A stretch of DNA of 64,000 nt from Vicinamibacteria bacterium (GCA_963422395.1 OY729431.1:1312001-1376000); one strand, 5' to 3'. Shown: positions 1 to 9,977, counted from the first letter of the stretch. Program-made: numbers and translations. The notes: a model not told the origin generated them from the letters alone.

Positions 1-1005
1 CACGCGGAGACGAAGCAGCATGTCTTCGGCATCAACGACCGGGAGAATTCCGGAGACATCCACCTGATGTCCGCGGCCGGGGGCGCTACTACGAAAGTGA
101 CCTCGGTGTTCGACTACCTCGCGGAAACCTTCGAGCTGCCTCGCCAGGAGGCGATCCGCTGGAAGGGGGAGGACGGCGTCGAGGTCGAGGGACTCCTCTA
201 CTACCCGCTCGACTACGAAGAGGGGAAACGGTACCCGGTCGTGGTCCAGACCCACGGCGGACCGGCGGCGTCCGACAAGTTCGCTTTCGGGCGCTGGAGC
301 AGCTATGTGCAGGTCCTGACGGCCCGCGGGTATCTGGTCTTCAAGCCGAACTACCGGGGCAGCACCGGTTACGGCGACGACTTCCTGCGCGACATGGTGG
401 GCCACTACTTCCACCAATCGCACCTCGATGTGATGACCGGAGTGGACCACCTCATCGAGATGGGTATCGCCGATGGCGAGCGGATGGCCAAGATGGGTTG
501 GAGCGGCGGCGGGCACATGACGAACAAGATCATCACCCACACCGACCGCTTCAAGGCGGCGAGCTCCGGCGCCGGCGCCGTGAACTGGATCTCGATGTAC
601 GGCCAGAGCGATGTCCGCATCTACCGGACGCCGTGGTTCGGGGGGACGCCGTGGCAGGAGGACGCTCCGATCGATACCTACTGGGGCCATTCCCCGCTGA
701 AGGACATCTACCGGGTCACGACTCCGACGATCGTGCTGGTGGGCGAGAACGATGTCCGGGTGCCGCCGCCGCAGTCGGTGGAGCTCTACCGGGCGCTGAA
801 GACGAATGGAGTGGACACCCATCTCTACATCGCGCCGAGGGAGCCGCACGGGTGGCGGGAGCTACGCCACGAACTCTTCAAAGTGAATGTGGAGATCGAC
901 TGGTTCGAGCGCCATGTGCGCGGCATGGAGTACGAGTGGGAGACCGCTCCCGGTGATGCGGAGGAGGGGGAAACGGCTGCCGCCGGCGGCGAAGATCCGT
1001 CCTGA
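1..1005 (+). CDS. S9 family (prolyl oligopeptidase-like) peptidase, 5'-truncated by window edge
   Basis: Frame is open from base 1. Motifs HGGP, PNYRGSTGYG, nucleophile GWSGGG, Asp in GENDVRV, His in EPHG. Confidence 0.92.
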   Translation, partial: HAETKQHVFGINDRENSGDIHLMSAAGGATTKVTSVFDYLAETFELPRQEAIRWKGEDGVEVEGLLYYPLDYEEGKRYPVVVQTHGGPAASDKFAFGRWSSYVQVLTARGYLVFKPNYRGSTGYGDDFLRDMVGHYFHQSHLDVMTGVDHLIEMGIADGERMAKMGWSGGGHMTNKIITHTDRFKAASSGAGAVNWISMYGQSDVRIYRTPWFGGTPWQEDAPIDTYWGHSPLKDIYRVTTPTIVLVGENDVRVPPPQSVELYRALKTNGVDTHLYIAPREPHGWRELRHELFKVNVEIDWFERHVRGMEYEWETAPGDAEEGETAAAGGEDPS

Positions 1006-1247
1006 TCCGCTGCTCCCGCCGGGTCTGCTGGTCCGGCGGCTGGTCTGTGCGGCGGAGTCCGGGCCTCGTCCTGACGGGAAGCGAAGTCTGGCGGGGGTTC
1101 GCGCGGCGCCCGGTAATCGCTCCCGGCGACCTGCCTACCGGGCGGCCGGCAGCGAGGGACTCCCGTCATCCCGACCGGGAGCCCCTCACTCTCCGGCGTG
1201 CTCGCGGGGCCATATTCGGCCCCGCTCGGAGCGACCGGCGATGCCCA

Positions 1248-1392
1248 GTTCTCCCGGTGGGGGCCCCGGCTGAACGCTTCGCTCGGCGTTGCGATTCCGT
1301 CGGAATACACCCGGTATGCCTCCCGAATCGCGCCTTGTCAGCAGGGCGCCTCACCGCGATCTTGGGGCTCGCGCCACTTTATCCACAGGCTG
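1248..1392. mobile_element. MITE remnant sharing its end with the IS1182-type element (left end not resolved)
   Basis: Ends GGGCTCGCGCCACTTTATCCACAGGCTG|CTAA. The reverse complement resembles the start of the 30532 element (CAGTTTGTGGATGAAATGGCGCGAGCCCC). Both contain GTTCTCCCGGTGGGGGC. Confidence 0.6.
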
Positions 1393-2738
1393 CTAACAGC
1401 CCGTGGACAAACTGCTGTAATCGGTGAGGATCAGCGGCCCCGGAGGGGGTGCCGTGATCGGCGCAGTACGGCGTGCGGGCGCGGTTCTGCGCGGGAAAAC
1501 CGCCCGACAGGGCGCTATCCAGGCCCAGGCGGGCGTTTCCCGGCTCCGGTAGGCGAAAATGAGAGCGAAAAGCGCGGCGCCGACCGCGGCCGCGCGCCCC
1601 TGCAGTCGTCGCGGCTTGCCGATTCCGCACCGGTGGCGCATCAGCAGCCCGAGGTCGAAGCCGGCTGCCTGGATCAACAGCCGCTTCCCGATGTTCCCCC
1701 GTCCGCGCAAATACAGCCGCCGCATCCCCCCGGTCTCGTAACCGTGCGCAAACGAGCGCTCCACCAACTCGCCCCGCCGGCGCAGCAGGCGCTTCCCGTG
1801 CTCACCACGAACGCGCCGCCGATTCGCAACCACCGCCCGGCGCTCCTCTTCCTTCCCCCGCCAGCTCCAAAGGCCCCGCTTCGGCTCCGATACATACGAA
1901 CGCACCCCCTCCCGCCGCAGACGCAACCGCGTCGCATTGCTGTGATACCCCTTGTCGCACACCAGCTCTCGCGGACCAGCCGGTTCCCCGACCGCCGACG
2001 CCAGCGCCCCGCTCTCCCGGTCCACCGCGTGCTCCACCTCGTGCGCCATCCGGGTCCGGCCGTCCTTCGTCCTCGCCACCCGCGCCTCCGGGTCCTGGGG
2101 ATGCTCCCATTCCTTGTTCGTCGTCGTCTTCGCGCGCGCCCGGTCGAACCTCCGCAGCTCCTCCCGACTCGGCGTCTCGATCCCCGATTCCTCCGCCAGA
2201 CGGCGCAGGAACTCCTGGTACCCCTCCCCGGTATCCCGCCGGACGATCCCTCGCATCGAGGCGTTCGCCAGCAGCGTCGTTCCATCGACTCCTACCCTCT
2301 GACCCCGTAGCAATCCCGCCTCTTCCAGCCGCCGCAGAACCCAAACGAATACCTCCGCGTGTGCCTCCGTCGCAATCCGGCGCCGCGTCTTCGACAGCGT
2401 CGAATGCTCCGGACACCGATCCGTCAGCAAAAGCCCCAGAAAGCGCCGCAGGCCCGAAGAATCCGCCAGCCGCCATGCGATCTGACGCTCCGAGTCGCAC
2501 CCCTCGAAATACCCCACCAGCAACAGACGAAAATAATGCCCCGGCGCCAAACTCGGCCGCCCCATCACCGGCGCATGGAACCTCGCGCACACACGCGCTC
2601 GACATGCTCGTCGAATCCGGACTCTTCCAGAATCCGGTTCAGCCGCTCGTAGAACGGATCCCCCGCGCTTCGAGGAAGACTCGCCCTCGAAGTCCAGGAT
2701 GTCCGGCGCTGCTCAACCCGACGCAATCCCATAGCCAT
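1393..2738 (-). pseudogene. IS1182-family transposase, frameshifted
   Basis: N-terminus MAMGLRR..DPFYERLNRILEESGFD starts at 2738 in a different frame from the main ORF 1393-2592 (GRPSL..YF, PEHSTLS, VDGT, DKGY, VERSF..Y, ends STGC*). An extra GT in GTGTGTGCGCG near 2590 explains the shift. Confidence 0.85.
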
Positions 2739-2803
2739 ACACACATACTACGAAATCGCCCCAACCGACTCCAATCTCCACATCAGACTTTTTCCACAGG
2801 CTG
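1397..2803 (-). mobile_element. IS1182-family insertion sequence, 1407 bp, 4-bp TSD CTAA
   Basis: Imperfect terminal IRs: CAGCCCGTGGACAAA at 1397 and TTTTTCCACAGGCTG ending at 2803. CTAA flanks both sides (1393-1396, 2804-2807). Encloses a DDE transposase. Confidence 0.88.
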
Positions 2804-3928
2804 CTAACGAGACGCCCCGGGCGGATAGGCATCGAGGGCGGCTTCGGCGAGGCGGCGGGCGGCTTCGGGAAGCCCGGAGCCGTTTTGGACATTGGCGGTG
2901 AGCGCGACCGCCACGCCGCGCTCCGGGAGCCGCAGCAGATGGGTGGTGCCGCCGGTGGCTCCTCCCGAATGCGCGACCCAGGTCCCGGTCTCGTCTTCCG
3001 AGATCCTCCAGCCGAGGGCGTATTCGCTCACCGTGCCGTCTTCGAGCACCTGCGGGGTGGTCATCGCTTCGTGGGTCGAGGCCGGCAGGATCGTTTCGGC
3101 GTCGAGGGACAGCGCGAAGCGCACGAGATCGGGCGCGGCGGCGATCATTCCGCCGCCGGCCCACTTGATGGAGAGATCGGCGAACGGTGCGTTCCGGACC
3201 AGCGGAGCCGATTCCGACTTCACATATTGGCGCACCCGGCCCGGAACGATGTCGCCCTGGTGTTCGAGATAGGTCGCGTCCATCCCCGCCGGCCCCCAGA
3301 TGTTCTCTTGCAGATAGGCCTCGAAACTCTGCCCGGCCACTGTCTCGATCACGCCGGCCAGCATGTTGTATGCGTAGGTGGAGTAGCGGTACTCGGTCCC
3401 CGGTTCGAAGAGGAGCGGGTCGTCTTCGAAGATGGCGATGGCGGACTCGACCGTGTCGAAGTGATCCTTCATCTCCATTTCCCCCGGCTGGTAGTGCCGG
3501 ATGCCGGAGGTGTGAGTCATCAGCTGGCGCACGGTGACGGGGTACTCCTTCTCCGGGAAAGCCGGGAAATACTCCTGGACCGGCGCGTCGAGGTCCAGAG
3601 CCCCTTGGGCGGCGAGCTGCATGACGGCGGCGGCGGCGATGGGTTTCGAGATCGAGGCGATCCGGTACACGCTGTCCGCGGTCGCCGGCACTCCGTTTTC
3701 GATGTCGGCGAGACCCGAGGCTCCGCTCCAAACCAGTTCTCCCTCGATCGCTACAGCGCCCGAGAGGCCCGGGCTTCCGGCCGCGTCGCGCGCTTCGGCC
3801 ACGATTGCGGCGAAGACCTCACCCGGTTCCGGAGCCGGTTCGGGGGCAGAGCAACCGGCGAACAGCCCCCCGAGAAGCGGGAGGGCGAACAGGAGCGGTC
3901 GGGTCGTTGGGGAAAAAATCCGGTTCAT
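2804..3928 (-). CDS. serine hydrolase, beta-lactamase/PBP (class C-like) family lipoprotein
   Basis: Lipobox LFAGC; SxxK (SISK), LMTHTSG, YRYS, HSG motifs. Confidence 0.88.
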   Translation of the reverse strand: MNRIFSPTTRPLLFALPLLGGLFAGCSAPEPAPEPGEVFAAIVAEARDAAGSPGLSGAVAIEGELVWSGASGLADIENGVPATADSVYRIASISKPIAAAAVMQLAAQGALDLDAPVQEYFPAFPEKEYPVTVRQLMTHTSGIRHYQPGEMEMKDHFDTVESAIAIFEDDPLLFEPGTEYRYSTYAYNMLAGVIETVAGQSFEAYLQENIWGPAGMDATYLEHQGDIVPGRVRQYVKSESAPLVRNAPFADLSIKWAGGGMIAAAPDLVRFALSLDAETILPASTHEAMTTPQVLEDGTVSEYALGWRISEDETGTWVAHSGGATGGTTHLLRLPERGVAVALTANVQNGSGLPEAARRLAEAALDAYPPGASR

Positions 3929-5073
3929 CGTTCGTCTCCTTGTGGTCCATCGGTGTTTCGGTGGACGATGACCTCACTCCAGACCCTCTCGAAGTTGCCG
4001 CCGAGAATCGCGCGGACTCCGTCTTCGTCAAAGCCGGCTTCGGCGAGGGCTTCGCCGATCGCCTCGAAATTCGCTTCCTCGCCGAAGCCTTCGCTGTAAG
4101 CCGACATGCCGCGCAGATCACTCCCGATTCCGACGCTCGATCCACCGCCGAGGTTCGTCACTCGTCGAACATGGCGGGCGAGATCCGCCACCGTGGGGAC
4201 GAGCCCCGCGTTCGGCCAGATCCCGATCACGCCGCCTGCTGCCGCGATCTCCCGGATCTCCGGATCTCGGAGGTGCCGGTCGTGCTCTTCCAGGGCGAAG
4301 GCTCCGGTGTGGCTGAACACCACCGGACTGCGGGACAGTTCGAGGGTGTCCCGGATCGTCTCCGGGTTCGCATGGGCGAGGTCGATCACGATCCCGAGGC
4401 GATTGCACTCGCGCACCACCTCGCGTCCGAATGCGGTGAGCCCGCCGGGGGTATAAGGCCAGGTCTGGATGTGGCCGAGTCCGTTCGGGCGAAAATGGAC
4501 GAGCTGCAGCAGGGCGAGTCCTCTCCGATGCAGTTCATGGAGCCGCTCGATCCGGCCTTCGAGTGAATCGGCGCCCTCGAGTCCGGGCAAGATGGCGAGG
4601 ACCCCTCGGGCTCGCGCAGCTCGCGCTTCCTCCGGAGTGCGGGCGAAGACCGCACGCGCTTCGGACACCGTTCGTTCGAGCCGCTCGAAGCGGTCGAGGG
4701 TGTAGGCCCAGGGTTCGCCGGGCTCGGGGCGGCGATTTCCGCTTTCGATCCGCGTCCCGTCGCGCTGTTCGTACCCGCCCCGGTACGGCGTGTCGGTGCT
4801 GATCGTGGCGACCACCGCGTCCATGCCGCGGTTCAGGTAGCGAGCGATCTCTTCGTCGCTGATCCGAGGCACGTCGGCACGGTGGAAGCGGGAGGGGTGG
4901 GCGTGGATGTCCACCCGAAGCGGCTCCTCCTGCTGGAGGAGTCGGGCGCCGCCGGATACCGCGGCAGAAGCCGCAGCATCGCCGAGAAGGCAGGCGGAAA
5001 AGAGGGCGCCGCAGAGCCCGGCGCAAAGCAGGCGCCACTCCCGCCGGAAGCGCGCAGGGATCTCCCCGGTCAC
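3925..5073 (-). CDS. membrane dipeptidase (M19) family protein
   Basis: DIHAH, LEGAD, ECNRLGIVIDLAH, SHTG, GIGSD motifs. GTG start at 5073 overlaps the upstream stop (GTGA). Confidence 0.85.
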   Translation of the reverse strand: MTGEIPARFRREWRLLCAGLCGALFSACLLGDAAASAAVSGGARLLQQEEPLRVDIHAHPSRFHRADVPRISDEEIARYLNRGMDAVVATISTDTPYRGGYEQRDGTRIESGNRRPEPGEPWAYTLDRFERLERTVSEARAVFARTPEEARAARARGVLAILPGLEGADSLEGRIERLHELHRRGLALLQLVHFRPNGLGHIQTWPYTPGGLTAFGREVVRECNRLGIVIDLAHANPETIRDTLELSRSPVVFSHTGAFALEEHDRHLRDPEIREIAAAGGVIGIWPNAGLVPTVADLARHVRRVTNLGGGSSVGIGSDLRGMSAYSEGFGEEANFEAIGEALAEAGFDEDGVRAILGGNFERVWSEVIVHRNTDGPQGDER

Positions 5074-6461
5074 TGCTCCCCGTCGGTCGCCAGCTGCGGG
5101 AGCACCACCCGGGCAATCCCGTTCCGAATCTCGAACTCGGTGCCGTAGGGGGCTGAGAGCCGCACGAGGTCTCCGAGGATCTTGTCCGCCAGCGCTCCTT
5201 CGGCCATCATCGGACGGCCCCGCACCTGCCGCGGCTGGCCGTGGTTGAGCGTGATCGGGTGGAGCGTGAGCTCGGCGAGCTGGGCTCCGCTCCATTCGGG
5301 AACGGCGATGACTGCCTCCCAGATTTCCGGGATGGCCGGGAAACCGGTGGTGTCGTTCCGGTAGCGGGCGTCGTTGAAGTCGGCGAGGCCGTCCGCCTCG
5401 GAAAGCCCCAGCCGGTCGTAGTTCTCGTAGGGGAGGCGCTGCAGCGTCTCGTTCTGGAACAGGAAGTCGCCGAGGCTGTAGAGGATCGGCGCCCCGTTGT
5501 AGATCTCGATGGCCCGCAGCACATGGGGGCCGTGGCCCACGAAGACGGAAGCGCCGGCGTCCACCATGGCCCGGGCGAAGGTGACCAGGAACTGCGCCGG
5601 GACGAAGCGGCTTCCCGCTCCCTCGTGGGCGTGGATGGTCACGATCACCTGGTCGGCCTGCCGGCTGGCGTTCCGAACGACCATGCCGATCTCCGCCAGA
5701 TCTTCGGGATGCGGTTCCGTTCGGATTCCCGGAGTGTCCGAAAGTTCGAAGCGCTGACGGAGAAAGGTCAGACTGTCTCCGCCGTCCGGCGGGTTCATCC
5801 CCAGGCCGCGCATGGTGGCCCGGACACCGTCGAGCTGCTCCTCCGTCACCTCGTAGGTGGTGAGGTACCGCAGCGGGTTCAGCCCCGGACGCGCCGGGAT
5901 GTCGTCGCGGGACTTGCCGGCCCGCGAGTGATCGGGAAAGGTCGAGGAGAGCGAGATGAGCGCGACGCGCCCGTTTCGGGTCTCGACGAACTTGGCCTCA
6001 CGGGCCTCGGCGAGGCTACGGCCCACTCCGGCGGCCACGATCCCCGCCTCCCGAATGTATTTCTCGGTGAGCAGCATCGCGGGGGGACCGAAATCGCCGG
6101 CGTGGTTGTTGGCGAGCGAACCCAGATCGAAGCCTGCCCAAACGAACTCCTGTACGAGTTCGGGCTGGGCGCGCATGTAGGTCCCGCCGCTGGAACTCAT
6201 CGGATAGGACTCGTAGTCGTGGAAGAGCACCTCCACATTCGTGAAGGCGAGATCGGCTTCGCGCAGCAGTTCGATCATCCGCAGGAACTGCGGCTCGTCG
6301 TACACGCTCATCTTCCGGGTGATGATCGAGTCGCCGGTCAAGGCGAGCCGCAGGCGGTCCTGGGCCGTGGATTCGCTCCCGAGCCCGAAGGCGAGCGCGA
6401 AGACGGTGAGGGCGAAGGGCAGGCGCCCTCTCGGTTCGGATCGGGTCGTCGAATAGAGCAT
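5070..6461 (-). CDS. CapA/PGA_cap family metallophosphoesterase-like protein
   Basis: LTGD, FTNVE, SLANNHAGD, IHAHE, GHGPHVL, YSLGDF motifs; signal peptide; GGAGG upstream of ATG 6461. Confidence 0.87.
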   Translation of the reverse strand: MLYSTTRSEPRGRLPFALTVFALAFGLGSESTAQDRLRLALTGDSIITRKMSVYDEPQFLRMIELLREADLAFTNVEVLFHDYESYPMSSSGGTYMRAQPELVQEFVWAGFDLGSLANNHAGDFGPPAMLLTEKYIREAGIVAAGVGRSLAEAREAKFVETRNGRVALISLSSTFPDHSRAGKSRDDIPARPGLNPLRYLTTYEVTEEQLDGVRATMRGLGMNPPDGGDSLTFLRQRFELSDTPGIRTEPHPEDLAEIGMVVRNASRQADQVIVTIHAHEGAGSRFVPAQFLVTFARAMVDAGASVFVGHGPHVLRAIEIYNGAPILYSLGDFLFQNETLQRLPYENYDRLGLSEADGLADFNDARYRNDTTGFPAIPEIWEAVIAVPEWSGAQLAELTLHPITLNHGQPRQVRGRPMMAEGALADKILGDLVRLSAPYGTEFEIRNGIARVVLPQLATDGEQ

Positions 6462-6508
6462 GGACGGGAACCTCCAGAAGAGCGAGTGTATGGCAGGCGC
6501 GGAATCGG

Positions 6509-7957
6509 TCAGCGGCGGTAGTCGAGCGGCGGGGGACGGTCGCCGAGCAGCGGCTCGTAGGCGAAGTTCGGCCCCCGGGCCTCGTGCAGTTCGGCGAGGG
6601 CGGCAGCGAGCTGTGACGGATCCTGGATGAGGTCGGCAGCGGTCCGAGCGAGGACTTCGGCGGCGAGACGCATCCCCTTGAGGCCGATGCTCGTCCCGCC
6701 GGCGGCGACCGCCTGCCAGCTGTGCGCCGGAGTGCCGGGAACCCAGGTCGCAGTGCGGAACTGCGCGGTGGGTACGACCCAGCTCACATCCGCCACATCG
6801 GTGGAACCGCCCGCCGGCGTCCTCGACCATTCGGCGACCTCCTCCTGTGAGCCGATCGGGCGCGGCTTCGCCAGATGCTGCTGGATTTTCTCGGCGAAGG
6901 CCTGCTCTTCCTCGGTGTAGGGGAAGCCGCCGATGGCCCGTAGGTTTTCGAAAAGCAGCCGTCCGATGTTTTCGTTGGGGAGCATGTTGTAGATCCCGTG
7001 GATCATCTCGTGTTCGACTGCGGTCCCGGTGCCGAGCGCCGCCGCTTCGGCGGCATTCAGGATACGCGCCCAGTTGTCGCGGGCGACTTCGACCGAGGGG
7101 TGGCGGTTGTAGTAATAGACCTCGGCGAAGTTCGGAACCACATTGGGCGCCTCACCGCCGCGGGTGATCACATAGTGGATCCGGCTGCGCTCGTGGACAT
7201 GCTCGCGCATCAGGTTCACCATGAAGTTCATCGCTTCCACCGCATCGAGCGCGGAGCGCCCCTGGTCCGGTGCCCCGGCGGCGTGGGCCGACACCCCGCG
7301 AAAACGGAATTTGGCCGAGAGATTGGCGAGCGAGTCTCCGGGGCTCGCGTCGTTGCGATCCCCCGGATGCCAAGCGAGCACCGCATCCACATCCGAGAAG
7401 AGGCCGGCGCGCACCAGGTACACCTTCCCGGCGCCGCCCTCTTCGGCGGGGGTGCCATAGACCCGGATCCGTCCCGGGGTCCCGGAGCGCTCCAGCCAGT
7501 CCTTGACCGCCAGGCCGGCAGCGACCGAGGCGGTACCGAACAGGTGATGGCCGCAGGCGTGGCCCGCACCCACCCCCTCGCGTTCCAGTGGTTCGGGAAC
7601 CGCGGCCTGGCTCACTCCGGGCAGCGCATCGAACTCGGCGAGGATGCCGATCACCGGTCCGCCGGAGCCCCATTCGGCGACGAACGCGGTCGGCATCCCG
7701 GCGACCCCGGCCTCCACCTGGAAGCCTCCGGTGGCCAGCTGCTCCTGGAGCAGGCCCGAGCTCTTTTCCTCCTGGTAGCCGACCTCCGCCCATTCCCAGA
7801 TTCGCAGCGCGACCTCCTCGAAGTCGGTGCGCTGGGCATCCAGGAACCGGGTCATCAGGGCGTCGGCTTCCCCGTCTTGAGCGGAAGAAGCGCTCGCCGG
7901 CAGGAAGAACAGGAGTGGGAAAGCGAAGCGCAGCAGCGCCCGGGGAATGTGAGTCAC
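6509..7957 (-). CDS. M20 amidohydrolase, AbgB (p-aminobenzoyl-glutamate hydrolase subunit B)-like
   Basis: AEFDALPG, GHACGH, GTPAEEGG, WHP, GGEAPNVVP, GSTDVADVSW, HSWQ motifs; signal peptide; GAGGAG RBS. Confidence 0.88.
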   Translation of the reverse strand: MTHIPRALLRFAFPLLFFLPASASSAQDGEADALMTRFLDAQRTDFEEVALRIWEWAEVGYQEEKSSGLLQEQLATGGFQVEAGVAGMPTAFVAEWGSGGPVIGILAEFDALPGVSQAAVPEPLEREGVGAGHACGHHLFGTASVAAGLAVKDWLERSGTPGRIRVYGTPAEEGGAGKVYLVRAGLFSDVDAVLAWHPGDRNDASPGDSLANLSAKFRFRGVSAHAAGAPDQGRSALDAVEAMNFMVNLMREHVHERSRIHYVITRGGEAPNVVPNFAEVYYYNRHPSVEVARDNWARILNAAEAAALGTGTAVEHEMIHGIYNMLPNENIGRLLFENLRAIGGFPYTEEEQAFAEKIQQHLAKPRPIGSQEEVAEWSRTPAGGSTDVADVSWVVPTAQFRTATWVPGTPAHSWQAVAAGGTSIGLKGMRLAAEVLARTAADLIQDPSQLAAALAELHEARGPNFAYEPLLGDRPPPLDYRR

Positions 7958-8024
7958 AAGCGTTCTCCTCGGTCTGGAGTCAGGGCTGTCGGGCCGAACC
8001 TGCGAGTGTATCCGTCCTCATGTA

Positions 8025-8591
8025 CCCGGCTCGCTCTGACGACCTTCGGGGGTGCGGCTTGATCCGCACCCTCCAGGAACGGGCGGGCCTCATCGCGGGT
8101 CGGCTGACGGGAGTGAATCTCGGACCTCTCGGGGGCACGGCCGAACGAGCCTCGCCCAAGGAGGATATCTCCGTGCTGTTTTCGTCGTGGGTGGAAGTAA
8201 CCGATTCGCCGCTGGTCGTTCTGCTGGACGAAGTCCAGATGCTCTGTCCGTCGGTTGGGAGGACCTTTTTCGGCGCAACCCAGTGGGCGGGGAGAAAATC
8301 GTTGCCGTTCCTGCTGATAGCCGCCGGAACGCCCGATGCGCCGAGGCGCCTGCGGGAAGCCGGAAGTTTCACCGAGCGAGACTTCCAGCGAGTGCCGATC
8401 GGGCGCCTGGAGCCAGAGGCCACCGTCGAGGCCCGGCAGAGAACTGGGTCGCGCTCCGAAATTCGCTGCTGGATCTCGGTGTCCTCTGGGAGACCTCTCC
8501 CGGGGGCTGGGAGATGGGGATCCCGAGTTTTGCGGACCATGTGATCCGCCGCAACGCCGTCTCGTCCCCCCGCGCGCTCGCAGAGCGCTGA
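8025..8591 (+). pseudogene. degraded paralog of the downstream AAA ATPase
   Basis: LQERAGL..GPLGG..LLDEVQ..AGTPDAPRRLR..IGRLE, then a frame change to WVALRNSLLDLGVLWETSPGGWEMGIPSFADHVIRR*. Both parts closely match 8684-9832. Walker A and the central region are missing. 5' limit approximate. Confidence 0.85.
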
Positions 8592-8683
8592 GGGCTGCGC
8601 TCGCCAGGCGTGGGCGGGTCCGGCCCGAACACGCGGGAAACGCGGCGGTCCCGCGGGCCCGGGGGTGCGGTAGGCTGCGAGAC

Positions 8684-9832
8684 ATGGGAGCGGAGCGATT
8701 GAATCCCTTCCGGCCGGGGCGGGGGGTGGCCCCACCGGTGATCGGCGGGAGGAAAGCCGAACTCGGAGTGCTGAAGGAGCGCCTGGACCAGTTGGAGAGC
8801 GGGCGAATGCCGTCGCAGGATGTGCTTCTCTACGGACCGAGAGGCAACGGGAAGACGACGCTTCTGATCGAGACCAGGCGGCGCGCCGAGAAGCGAGGTC
8901 TGCGGGTCGAGGGGTTCCCGGTGGACGCCCTCGTCTCTCGAAGCGCGTTGATCCTCGAGCTGCAGGAGCGGGCCGGACTCGTCCGAGATCGCGTGAGCGG
9001 CGTCCAGGTCGGGCCGCTCGGCGGCGCCGTGGATCGGGCGCCGCCAACCGAGAATGCGCACGAGCTGCTGGCGGGCTGGATCCAGCGTACCGATGAGCCT
9101 TTGGTGATCGTCGTCGATGAGGTGCAGGCGCTGGTCCCCGAGGTGGGGCGGCCGCTCTTCGACGCGATCCAGGCGGCGAAAGCGAGATCACATCCCTTTC
9201 TCGTGATTTGCGCCGGGACTCCCGACGCTCCCCGCCGATTGCGCCGGGCGGCGACGCACAACGAACGCGGCTTCGAGCGGATCCGGATCGGACGGCTGGA
9301 GCGCCGGGAAGCAACGGTCGCTCTCTCGAAGCCGGCCGAGCAGGCAGGCCTGCCGATGGAACCCGCCGCCGCACTCTTGTTGGCGGAAGAGTCTCACGGC
9401 TATCCATACTTCTTGCAGCTTCTCGGCAGCGCCGCCTGGCGGGTTGCCGAAGCCGAGGGCGCCGAGGCGATCCGGGTGGATGCGGCTCGGCGCGGGGTGG
9501 CCGCGGCGCGCCCGGAGATCGAAGACTTCTACGCCGAGCGCCTCCGGGAGGCCGAAGAGCGGGGGACGCGCCCGGCGCTCCTTCCGCTGGCTTCGTTGTT
9601 TCGAGAGCGCAGCGGAGGGGTCGGGGACGCCGAAATCGAGGCCCTTCTGGATCGCGTGGACATTCCCGGTGACGGACACTGGATCGCACTCCGGACCTCG
9701 CTCCTGGATCTGGGAGTCCTCTGGGAAGTCTCTCCCGGGGTCTGGGAGATGGGGATCCCGAGTTTCGCGGAGCATGTGATTCGCCGGGAAACGGTCCCGC
9801 CCCTCGAGGCGAGCGCTGCGAGCGCGCCCTGA
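8684..9832 (+). CDS. AAA-family ATP-binding protein (AAA_16-like)
   Basis: NPFRPG..PP..GR start, Walker A GPRGNGKTT, Walker B VVDEVQ, GYPYFLQ motif. Confidence 0.85.
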   Translation: MGAERLNPFRPGRGVAPPVIGGRKAELGVLKERLDQLESGRMPSQDVLLYGPRGNGKTTLLIETRRRAEKRGLRVEGFPVDALVSRSALILELQERAGLVRDRVSGVQVGPLGGAVDRAPPTENAHELLAGWIQRTDEPLVIVVDEVQALVPEVGRPLFDAIQAAKARSHPFLVICAGTPDAPRRLRRAATHNERGFERIRIGRLERREATVALSKPAEQAGLPMEPAAALLLAEESHGYPYFLQLLGSAAWRVAEAEGAEAIRVDAARRGVAAARPEIEDFYAERLREAEERGTRPALLPLASLFRERSGGVGDAEIEALLDRVDIPGDGHWIALRTSLLDLGVLWEVSPGVWEMGIPSFAEHVIRRETVPPLEASAASAP

Positions 9833-9921
9833 CCGCCGCCCGCCGGTGGGGGGCGAGAGAGCCTCGAGGTACGGCGGGATACGCCAACTCGATCAGTGGG
9901 CCGCCGATGGCAGCGCACACG

Positions 9922-9956
9922 AAAAAAGCCCGGGCCGCTGTAAAAGCGGCCCGGGC
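9922..9956 (-). terminator. rho-independent terminator of the TonB receptor gene
   Basis: 12-bp perfect stem GCCCGGGCCGCT/AGCGGCCCGGGC, 5-nt loop, followed on the minus strand by T6; just downstream of the stop at 9978. Confidence 0.88.
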
Positions 9957-9977
9957 CGAAGGTGCTTGGAGAGGTTT

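Noticed and set aside
1379-1387. oriC suggested by the DnaA box
   Set aside because: Single box embedded in a mobile-element end; no box cluster, AT-rich unwinding element or dnaA/dnaN.
2804-3928. antibiotic-resistance beta-lactamase next to an IS
   Set aside because: Motifs only place it in the broad serine-hydrolase family. It is the last gene of a peptidase operon and the IS lies downstream of it.
5070-6461. poly-gamma-glutamate capsule locus
   Set aside because: No capB/capC adjacent; stand-alone CapA-domain proteins are common.
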